64,000 bases of DNA. It comes from Balanoglossus misakiensis. Taxonomy: Eukaryota > Animalia > Hemichordata. Positions within the stretch are counted from its first letter, which is position 1; each line of letters opens with the position of its first letter. The translations under genes were made by a program, and so were the position numbers. The stretch is from NCBI GenBank assembly GCA_040954595.2, contig CM082576.2, positions 606,648 to 670,647 of the forward strand, read 5' to 3'. Below are positions 14,281-25,237 of this stretch, one piece after another. The notes under the pieces are model-generated. The model saw only the letters and a program-made list of their open reading frames with translations. It was not told the DNA's origin and made no database searches.

Positions 14281-17226
14281 AACGGAACATTGCAGTATTT
14301 TCGTCTTATGTGTTGATGCAGTATTTGCGGGGATTCAAGATATCTGACCAGAAATTTCACTGAATCAAACAGAATCCAGAATCCCCCCCCCCCATTATGT
14401 GTATGTATGGATCGAACCACAAACTTTAATAATAAGGTTAAGGTTGGAAACCATTTCAGACACAGTCAGTGAATTCCTCACTTGAAAGAATTCCATTTCA
14501 TAACATGAATCTTTTTAATATTGAGATGCATAGTACACATCTAAAAGAGTCTATAAAAATTACACATTTAGCTTGCATCCTAATTTTCACTCAATTTGAA
14601 TCAATTGGATCTTTTTAATGTTTTCTCCTGTATTAAAGTAATAAATTGATGTCATTATTAAATATCTGCCTCTGTTCAAATAACCAATCACCCGCAGTGG
14701 AGGGTGAAAGGTCATGAAGGAGAGACAGAAGACTGCTCATCCTCTACTTGGAGGGGAAAAAACGAAGACTCCATCCAAAAGCAATCAAGTAAATGATTCC
14801 TTCCACCTTGACACTAGTGGACAGATTATTGGCAAAAGTAGCAGAAACCTCTGAGTAGCCTCTACAGTGTCCCCCTTACTTTTCTTCCCCACAGCAATTC
14901 TTTTGTACAGTGCCGAATCATTTTGCTTCCTGTTGTGGTGGGCAATGATCGGCATGACAACAAAAGGATCAATGACAACAGCCTATGGGAAGAAACAATT
15001 AGTTGAAACTTCTGACAGTGCTTCAGAAGTACTCAGGGTAAAAGTACAGCTCTGAGCTGCCATGCCAGTAATACAAAACAAAATCTCGATTTTATATAAA
15101 AAAACAATCCGTGCCTAACATTTTAAGCAATCAGAATAATCAAGAATATGCTTCAATTTATAAAGATTAATGAAGAAAACAATGCATGGTTGGATGAAAA
15201 CCAATTTTTGCTTTTACCTGGTAATTAAAAGCCCTCTGGAACTAGTGGAATGTCTATTTTGAACAGATGTCACGTCTGGTGAGCTAGACTTAAAAAAAAG
15301 ATATTTGGTATTTTTTTTTCATTCCTATGTTTGTTAAACTGTGCACAGCAGAGCACCATAGCCTCTGGATGAATTTTCAGGAAACCACAAAATCGGAACT
15401 TTGAAGTTTTGATTCAATAAAATCCACAGTGTATCTTACTTCAAATGATCCAAAGACACAGATCTGTGATTATCGATTCCTAAATATCATAATGGTGCCA
15501 TGTTTGTTTGAAGATGTTCACAAATATAAATCAGGAGCCTTGCGCCATGTTTAAATTTACAACTGGTTGGCATATTATAAACTAATATACCGGGTCTACG
15601 GTGTGTACTATTAGGATTATTTTTTTTACTTTTTTTTTTATTTATCATCAGGTAGCTTTCATTATTTGTATTACTTCTGACCTTCAGAAGTTTTCTTTCC
15701 TGTGTTTACAATGAAAAGTGTTTTTCTTCTTCCAGAATTTGAAAGAAGGAATATAGAAAAGGGTGTCAGAGATATGACATATCTCCACAACTCAGAATAT
15801 TTGAAGACAGATCACAAGGGAAGAACAACTGTTGCAAGAAGAAAAACCAAAATCCCCAAATATGCATTTTCCCCAAAAGTGTTTCATCTAGCATGACCTA
15901 TGACGGCTGAACTGCAGAAGTAAAGTGCTGGGTGCATCAGTGAAAACCATCCACTGACGATTATAATCGCAGCACAGAATGGAACAGTTCATATTGATTT
16001 GAAATCTGATAGCTTGGGTCACCTGTTGCACTCTTACTGACAACAATATAGGGCTCTTCAGCTCACTGAACAGCTGAAGGGTGCCATTGTTCAAGTTTAG
16101 AAGATACTTTAGACACATCATAGTGTACTAATACATAGAGTTGCCAAAGAGATACTTAAACAGAGACACAAGACTTTATTTTTATAGGGACGATCACCAG
16201 ATAAAACACACTCTATTCTTCAGAATCAAATTCACAAATCATCACTAGTATTAGACTTTAGACTTGTTGTCAACACTTTTTCTGGCAACAACCTGTACTG
16301 CATTACCCAATCATTTAAAATTGTTCAGCTTGGCACAAAACCTGTATGGGGTTTTAAAATGCCCACATTATTCACAACCACTGAGTCTTGCAAGCTCAAT
16401 AATATAGCCAAGGGCAAAAACCCACCAATTGATTGACAAAAATTAAGATCAACACTTTTTCTGCGATGTGGTGCTGTGCGAGAACGAATGCAAGGATGAA
16501 GAAAATAGGGGGCCATTGCAATGGTTTCCCTGGTAACGGCAACTCTGTATTTTCCCTTTAGCATAACAACTGTGCCAGTTGCTGAATACAGACATCAAGA
16601 GAGATTTGGCAGAGGACAATTCCAGCATCTTCTTGGAAAACAAGCAGTGATGACCCCTGTCATTCTATACAATGTCAGAATGTTACAAAGAACAGATTTT
16701 TTTGTCATTGTCTTTGTTTATGGATTGAGAAAGTCAAATACAATGTATTTGGTTCCAGTTGATCTGTTATGTAACTGCTTCTCTCTGTTTCATTTATGCA
16801 GGATCCAATTCACCTGAACAAAAAAAACTTACAAGACAAATGAGATACTATGCAAAATACGATCATTTACCCAAGAAAGTCAAAAAATCTTACCGTCCGT
16901 ATGACGAAGTCTGTGCACTTCTATTGTCTTGGTATCTGTCAGAATGGTTCTGCCGACCTATGCAAATCAGAATCAGAATAAAAGCAAGTATGTGAGTTTG
17001 GCAATTCAATAAGCCACAGGTACATAGAAGCTGGAAGCAAAAGGCAGAACTATGGAAGGAAAGCTGCTGTTGGTTAAGATGTTGCTGACTGGTTGCCATG
17101 GAAAATCACAGCTATAAAAATCGAAAGTTTCAGAAGCAACAGCTACTCACACAATCAGATACATGACTGTGTTAATGTGAGCGGTACTCACTATAAAAAC
17201 ATCAATGGTGAATCCAGATTTGAATG

Positions 17227-17295
17227 GTGTGTTTGTGTGTGTGTGCATGCGTGTATGCATGTGTGTGCGTGTGTGTGTGTGTACAAATGTGTGTG
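17227..17295. repeat. Degenerate (TG)n alternating purine-pyrimidine tract
   Basis: tgtgtgtgtgtgcatgcgtgtatgcatgtgtgtgcgtgtgtgtgtgtgtaca, with uninterrupted RY alternation over about 17234-17285. Confidence 0.92.
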
Positions 17296-20245
17296 AATGG
17301 CATGTTTGTGGGTCTCTGTATACGAATATGTACCTATGTGTGTATACATTGTTACTGAACATATGAATGCTATTTCAACAAATCAGGGGTTTTATATGTA
17401 ATCACTTTTGGATTTAGACTATCGCTCTCCAGGCATGCACTGAGAATGTGAAGATGCACTTTGGAGGAGGGCAGAGAGCTGCGTGTATGACTGCTTTTTC
17501 GTTAGTCACTCGCATAGAGGTGGTGTTCCAGACAGTCAGCGATACGGATCTATTCCACCTGGTATGAAGCACCATCCACAGTCACTCAAAAAGCATACTC
17601 CAAAACAACTCCGTTGGGTTGGTAAAGTTACAGTGTGTACCGCAAAGAGCTCCTTTTAGGTGTGCCACTGAAAATAGCTCTCTGTTGATGGGTTTTTAGT
17701 GCTGTTAACACAAGCTCTGTAGGTCCTTTTTGAAGTTGCTCATTATGGAAGTAAATGGGGACTCGAGTATCAAATGCTTTTTGAAGTTTACTACGGCGAA
17801 GACACCCCAATTACACATAAAAGTGGCTATATGCTTACTTGCGATCACTAGTATTATGTGTACTCAAGGCATCAAACATTTCTGAAGATGTGTAATTTCC
17901 CTTCTCTGCCTGACTACCATATCATATATCAAGTCAGGGAAAAGAAATACCAACAGAAAACTCTTCTTCCCTCAAATAAGACACCAAAAGCAAAGATGCC
18001 TCTATGATGTATTTATGTTTTGTGAATGTGCTTCTGGTTTCATTGAAAACATTGGGCAAGGTGTTGAAAGCAAAGCAGTGGCAATTTGAAAAGATGTTAA
18101 TGATGAGGAAACACCATGTCATACTGAACACTCCAAACTGGAGAGTTCAGCTCTTTCAGACAATAAAGTGAAAATTGTTTTGACATATGTGGCGTCTTCA
18201 AAAATACTGTAGTTGACAAGCCTTCGTGCTTTCATTGTCAGTTATGAAACATCTCTCTCGCACAAGGGCAATACACGGCACATCACAACAACTACTGGTT
18301 GGTGAAGTACTTTTTATGCATAAAACAGGGGGCCATTGCACTCGACTAAAGTTGGAAAATTGGCAAGGAATGGAATGTGGAGAGACTGCAAAACATGAGA
18401 ACTTGAAGAGCTGTCTTCACTGGAAGGCAAGAGCGAAAATAGATGTCAAAACGTGCTGGCACATTATCTATAATTCCCTGTTTCTAAATATATGACTAGA
18501 CAAGTTTGAGTGGAGCCTGTGAGCTGCTGATAGATAAACATGCAGACGGGTGGGCGGGGAGAGAAGAAAGTGTAGTGATGGGAGGTATAAGGGAGGATCA
18601 TTATTGCCCAGATATGGGATGTCATATACAGTTGTGGATTGAAACAAGATGGTCATAGGAGTACATCACTTGTGTTTAATTACCATTGATAACTGTGACC
18701 TGTGGGGAAAGAGACAAGGGCTTGATGAATACACTCTGTAAAGAACTGTAGCACTTCACTAAATGTTAAACAGAAAGAAAGTCTGACATGTCACCATATT
18801 GCCTACTCTAGGTTTGTCACAAATGCAACACAGGGTCAGAGTTGGCAACTCCAATGCTTTCAACATGTTGTCCCTTATAAATATTTAAAAGCAACAATAA
18901 GCTTTTCACTCCTAAAGTGCATTAAAAGGGGAGGCGAGAGAGAAAGAGAACGGGGCAAGACTTATACAAAAAAAATGTTTTTTTAGAGTGGTGTATGGTC
19001 ACAGACAAAAAATGAATGCTGAGGTATTGTTGACTAGGATATGCAGACTTGACACAATATGTTTCAACACAAAGTCGGGGATGCACCAAACACATGTTGT
19101 TTTAAAAAGCACACAAAGACCAGTCTCAACAGTTGACATCTTTTTCTATTTAATCTTTTCATGCGAGAGACTGAACCGGCTGAGACAATATCACTTGGGA
19201 CTAGCCTAATTGAAAATTAATATCTGTAATTACAGTTTTCTCAATGCAAATACTGCAAGTTGGCCAGACTACCCAGATGGCACAATACCATGGAGTGTGT
19301 CTGATATGATACCCCAGTATTGCTGGCTGGCCGTAGCATGGTACAGATCATTCACTGTTGTGGGAGGAAGATATAGTTTTAAACTTATGCATCTGCTAGG
19401 TTTACTTAGAAGCATGCCAATATGATTAACTCTGGCCTGCCACTCCATTTTTTACACTCAGAAAAAAAAAGACATTTAGACTCGCAGGGGAAATTCACGT
19501 TGACAGCCCTCCTCCTATTGTATTATGTCAGGAGATTTGTACCCATTTGCATATGATATGTCCAATTGGTGATATCGGGTGCATCATTTTCAATCAGGCC
19601 TGACAATTCAAATCCCAGACAAGCAGAGAAAAGTGGAATAGTCACAGCCACTGGGGAATGCCTCTCCAAATGACTCCCTCCAAGCTACACATAATACTAA
19701 TACTATACCATGACTCATTTATGGGTGTGCGCACCGATAGCTGAAGATGATACTTCGGTGGCGTTCCATCCGAGAGCATGTTTTCACTCAGGGCCTGCCA
19801 CAATAAGCCGAATCAAATCATAGCTTTTCTGATCACTCCCCTGCAGGGGCTGACATTACTCATGCAGAAAGCAAAAAAAAAAATCGGAGATCAAATTCAT
19901 TTTTCACAGCTCAGGCGTTGTATACTATTAATGTAGCGTGCTATCATGTATAAAGCTCTGTGTGTTGTCTAGGTGATGCTGCAGTGATCTGTGACATGCT
20001 CTGTTGCCCCCAAGTCTTTGTAAGGTTGGAAAGCAGGCATGCACTCGTGGTGTAGTGATGCAACCTGCATCCTATTCTTCTTTGTTTATGCCCTTCCACT
20101 TGGTGAAGCAGCAACTGAATATTTGATGACAAGTGAGGACACTATTTAACATACATTTCCCTGGGGCCAACAATTCCGTGTAAATCTACAATTATAACTG
20201 TTGAAGCTCTTTATAGCGCTGTCCACATCACAACAAGTTTTGCAG

Positions 20246-20298
20246 ACATGCACATGCACACACGTGCATAAACATGCACATGTGCATACATGCATATA
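20246..20298. repeat. Degenerate (CA)/(ACATGC)n alternating purine-pyrimidine tract
   Basis: acatgcacatgcacacacgtgcataaacatgcacatgtgcatacatgcatata. Confidence 0.8.
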
Positions 20299-21009
20299 GC
20301 ATCCAAATTAAGTAGAGGATGAGCTTCATGTTATCATTCCTAATTTATTAACTTTTTCATCCAATTAACTCAAATCAAATATGCTACAGTTTAATTAAAC
20401 TCTTTAAAGGGTGATTAATATAAATAACAATTATATTAAAATTAAGTAGTTGTACACATGTATCCAAATTAAAATTGACATGTAGTAGTGACTACTAGAT
20501 TGTGGCCAAGCCCTCTATGGCAGCAAACAGTTCAGTGGACAGCAAAAGGTACATTCATTGGACGGAACAACTGAGGCAGATGGTTATCTAGCAGAGGAAA
20601 TTTCAGCACAACGCCTGAGCTTCAAGTGTGGTGGTTTTACACACTTTTCAAAAGACTATTGTGTATACAGGGATAGCATTTACGTCACACACCCAAAGCA
20701 TGGCGATGTGATAGCCAAGTACCCAGCCCCTGAAAAAGTTTCAACATTTGTCTAGTCGGTGATGCCAGGTTTCTGGGAGATCATAAAAGATCAAGGAATG
20801 GTCGAATTTTTCAATACGTGATTTCAAGCAGAGCAAATTGAGTGAAATGTTGTTAGAGAATGCTCTATTTGCTTGAGAAGAGCCATGAATCAGATAAAAC
20901 ATGTTTGTGTGTGGCAGTGATACTAAACTCCACCTCCGTCCACCCTAGCAGTACTTGTTAGCACCTATTTCAATGGGACAAGTCAACCTTTGCTGCATAA
21001 TTCATGCTA

Positions 21010-21270
21010 GCCCCCCCCCCCCTCCACCTCCTTTGCAGCATTCCATCCAGGCGTAGAACAGCTGTGATCGGTCTCTGTTACACACACACACACAGGGTGT
21101 TGAATTTTCCAGTGACCTGCTCTCTCTCTCCCTCCACTCCTCATTCTCTGTAAAGTTATGCCCCTGGGGCAAACTGTACATTTGTGACAGTTGGGCAGTA
21201 GAGTGGCTGCTGAAACCCAATACTCAAGACAGTACACCAAATGGGGAAGGGGGGGGGGGGGGGGAGAGAG
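21010..21270. repeat. Low-complexity cluster: poly-C, (CA)n, (CT)n and poly-G tracts
   Basis: C-run at about 21011-21022, (CA)n at about 21080-21094, (CT)n at about 21120-21130 and a G-run at about 21243-21264. Confidence 0.85.
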
Positions 21271-24200
21271 AAATTGCCAGCCCCAACACATTTGCTTCAT
21301 GATGCCTCCCGGCAAAAAAAGTGAAAAAACTCACAACTCCCATAGTTCCGATGTGCCCACATGCACCGAATTTTCGCCAAGTTTCCATGGTTACCTGCCA
21401 GTGCAAGTACGTCATGGTGATGACAATTACAAACATAAACAAGAGCACTAATTTGTCACACAATGCCTGTTAGTAAAGCTAATAGGGCTCTAGTCAATAA
21501 ATGTAAATACTCATCCCAAAGAAGGAAAAGGCACACGGCTATTTGATATTCAGACAACTTAACACTAATCACTATTAAATATATGCATTTCCATCCAGAA
21601 ACTTCAAAGAAAGTACAAGAAAATGGCAGAAAACATGAAGTCCCAGATGGTACGTGCTAATAAGTTGTGCATCTGATCAGCCAATTGGCTTTGACAGGTC
21701 ATTAAATTAAGGCCAATTAGGGCTTATTACAGGCAAGAAGAGCAAATTTGAACACATGTCCACTACCTATACAAATCACAAAGGCAGCTAGTAAACAAAT
21801 AGTGATTTCTCAATATTTACACACTCAATACAGTTGACATGATAATACCCTTCAACTTTGCATTGTGAAGCCAATCAGACACACATTGGTTAGACCTTCT
21901 ATAGCTACAAAGGAATCCCGGCACATCGCCATTTTTTTTAGGGGGGGGGGGGTTCTTTATTTCTGTTAGCCATTCAGGATCGCCCAGAAAACCTGAGAAA
22001 GTTGTCCAATTACAGAACCAGAGTTATTTGTGTGTTGCGGGCTGTTTAATTTCTACCATTGTTGGTTGGCAAATCGTCAGTATTGAGACTGGCTGAATCT
22101 TATTTGCATTAGCACAAAAGCAAAACAAAGCAGGAGGATTAGTTGGCAGTTCCTAGGAGGGATTGTTAATCCACACCTCTGCCATCAGTGGGTCAAATCC
22201 CCACTTGAAAAGTGTGAAACACTTTTCTCCATCAATTAAAATCCCCCTAGATTGTTTGATGGGGTGGTCCCGTCATTAACTGGCCACACAATGCCAACCT
22301 TACACCTCGGACAAAGACATGTTGAGCAAACAAGTGAATTGCTGCCAATTTGGTATTTGTGGCCATTCTCCTTGATGGTGTTCAGTATGTGCAGGTGTGC
22401 AAAGAATGGCCAATCCCTCTTCAATTTGTCCAGACTTCTTTTCTTTTCTCCCCCCTCCCTTTTTTTTTCTTCTCTGGCACCCAATTCTCTGTTTGCTGCC
22501 TCATTCAGGAGTGCAGGCTGGGGTACTGTAACTCTATATCCGCCGTGCCTTCAGGACTGTGAAAAGTCAGTGAACATACATGGCGATCTGTTTTATGGTG
22601 ATGTTAGTAAGTCTACAAAATGCAAACTGTCCTGTGTAAGAAGGATACACTGTTTCACAATGGAGGAAAAAAGCCAGGCAGCCTGTAAGTTACTCTCTGA
22701 TATCCACACACACACACAAATCAGTCCGCAAACATCTCTTTTGTTACTGCCAGCTCCAATTCCATCCAAGCCTTCAAAAGTTGTGGTCTGTATACTTTGT
22801 TGTGTACACAAGCCAAGCTGAGATTTATTGTGTGTGTGTGTGTGTATGTTGAGAATTTGAGTGAAAGTGTATACGCCAGTCAAAACTTTATCAAGTACTT
22901 CATTGGTAACTTTTTTTTAGAGCCGATTGGGCGAGATCTTCTTGATAAGACGGAACGAGCTGACTTGACCTGAACTTGAGGTGATTCAATTTATGCACAA
23001 GGGGTGTTTTCCCACAGGGCATAATCCATCAGCCTTAACTACTCATATCTGCTTTTTGTGTGTAAATGGTGAAAGTCAAAGCCTACAGAATCCCCCCCCC
23101 CCCCACAAAATGCAAACACTGGAATCTCAACAGTTGTGGATGACTAGAGCAAGTTTGTGATTGGCAGGGTCTGTTTGAATGGCTTTCGTTAACGGCTTGT
23201 TTCCACTGACTGTAATGATTTTCATAACGATTTAATTTTCACTGTGGGGACAGTGCCCTTCAATCAAAGCAAACAGGTCTTTAATTAATTCATTCACAGA
23301 ATGTATAATCCCAATTAATGGCAAAGGTGTGAACTTTTGGTTCAGAAAATAAAATATGTGCAACAGCCTTTGATTAATAACTAGGCAGTTACTGATTTGA
23401 AATTGTAACGGACGAAAATTTCAAATTACGATGGAAACCAGACAATCGTATTTGATAAGCATTATGGACTATAAGCAAAACAATATTTTGCATGCATTAA
23501 TGCATATTATTCTATCGTACCCCGCAATGCAATTTAATCGTATAACATTAAACTGATATGAATACTAAATTACATGTTTTCATTAACAAAAAATAAGATG
23601 GCGAAACATACAACAAAGCGTCATGTACAGTATATACATGCCTGTGCAATAAATCGTATCCAATCAAGACGCGGCTGGGATTCCTATTAGATTTGCCGGC
23701 GGTGTTAAAGAAAAAAAAAATACTTGTCTACTGGGATTGCGACAAATGCGAGTCTTTGTCGGGACTTGGTGGTAAGACTGCATCTTGAGACCAAGATGAA
23801 ACTTACACCAGCTGGGCAAACAGTATTAAGTGAACCCCACACCATTTAGAGTGATACCTTTTCTTCAAGTTTACAAAATTTCAGGTCTTCAACCGCAGAA
23901 CAGACTGCTACACCTGAACACAAAACACATTTCCTGGCATAGTGTGACTTCCTCCTTTTCCCTAAAATGGACAAGCATTCTCACTTTCCAATGAGGAAAT
24001 CTTCTCCCTTGCTGGCTTTTGTAGCAAACAAAAACAGAGGAAAACTTCTGCTAAAAGGTTTTTCAGCTTGTGGTAAATGATGGCGGAGCAAAAATTGTAT
24101 TAAGGCTCCTAGAGGAAGTCTGTCCTTAGCAGACTTGAGAGCCGTGGTGGTGATTAAAAAAGGCAACGCAGCTCAGCACAATTTCCAAATTCAAAATTAG

Positions 24201-25200
24201 ATTCTGAAGTCAGTGCATTTACTGGCTCTGATTACGCTTTAGCTAAAGCCTCTCGTCCACATTTTTTTTTCTCCTGCTGTTGCAATGAGATGCAAGAGGT
24301 TGCTAGGTTGCCAGACTCATAACGGCATCATCTTTGTGTGGCCAACTTTCCACTCTGTCTTGCCAACTTGGTGGGCATTGCATTTGGAGGACGTGCTATC
24401 TCAGAATGAAAATAATTGTCGTAATTACTGCAGACATTTGAGTGACTCTCCCTTCTTGTAAATTCAACATATAATGCACAGTGGAGCAAATTGTAGCTTC
24501 CATAACAGTCAAGTACACTTTCTTCCTAATGCACTGGGAAGACCCACATCCAGGTTTTCCTTACATTTCGTTTATCTTCCACTGTGAAACCCTGCACTGA
24601 ATTTGTACTGGGTCTGAATTTTTTTAAGGGGGGGGGTGTTTTCATACAACTTATCCTTTATACATGTAGCAGAGTTTCTACATGATGCAAAGAAAATATT
24701 CATGCAAATACTTGATAAATTCATCTAAGGTCAAGCCAGTTCGCAGAGTCCAACATGAAGTAAGAGTAGACGACGTCATGGCTGCGAGAGCCCAAAACCC
24801 CTAGTGTTGCTACTTCTAGTGTTTCAGTTGATTGGTTAGAACAGTTGTTAAAATATTCACAAGACTTTATCTGCATGTTTCTTCAAAATGGGAACACTAA
24901 GGTCATAGTTACTTGTCAGTTTAATATGGTTTCTTTTTGGTGATGCGAATACTGCAGTGTAGTGAAACTGATTTGGAAAGAGTTTTTTTATTTGTGCTCC
25001 AATGTTTTCACTGACCTCCATTCTGCAGATTTTCACAAAGAAAAATAACTTTTACAGGGGTACGATTAAGGTGCGTTCACGTCAATAAAAAGCATTTTCA
25101 TTTATTTTAAAGACTAAGACACCAACTTTGTTTGGATGGCAAACCAGAAATGCCAATAAGCTGCAAAAATCAGTGACTGACGCTATCTATTCCTGCATTA

Positions 25201-25237
25201 ATTCGTTCATTCATTTATTCATTCATTCATTTATTCA
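25201..25237. repeat. Degenerate (ATTC)n microsatellite
   Basis: attcgttcattcatttattcattcattcatttattca. Confidence 0.85.

Noticed and set aside
22207-22227. 9-bp hairpin gaaaagtgt-gaa-acacttttc (and similar gaaactttt-g-aaaagtttc at 60200-60218)
   Set aside because: A few AT-rich stems of this size are expected by chance in 64 kb, and intrinsic terminators are irrelevant in this eukaryotic context.
21956-22557. Possible XRN2 terminal exon (minus strand, ttttcacag|TCCTGAAGG..., phase 1 gives VLKARRI*, AATAAA at 21961-21956)
   Set aside because: No similarity to the known XRN2 C-terminus, and comparable acceptors occur many times in 60 kb.
22252-22821. Longest ORF in the track (189 aa, plus strand) and overlapping ORFs
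   Set aside because: No recognisable domain. It runs through T-runs and a CA repeat, and the composition is typical of chance ORFs.
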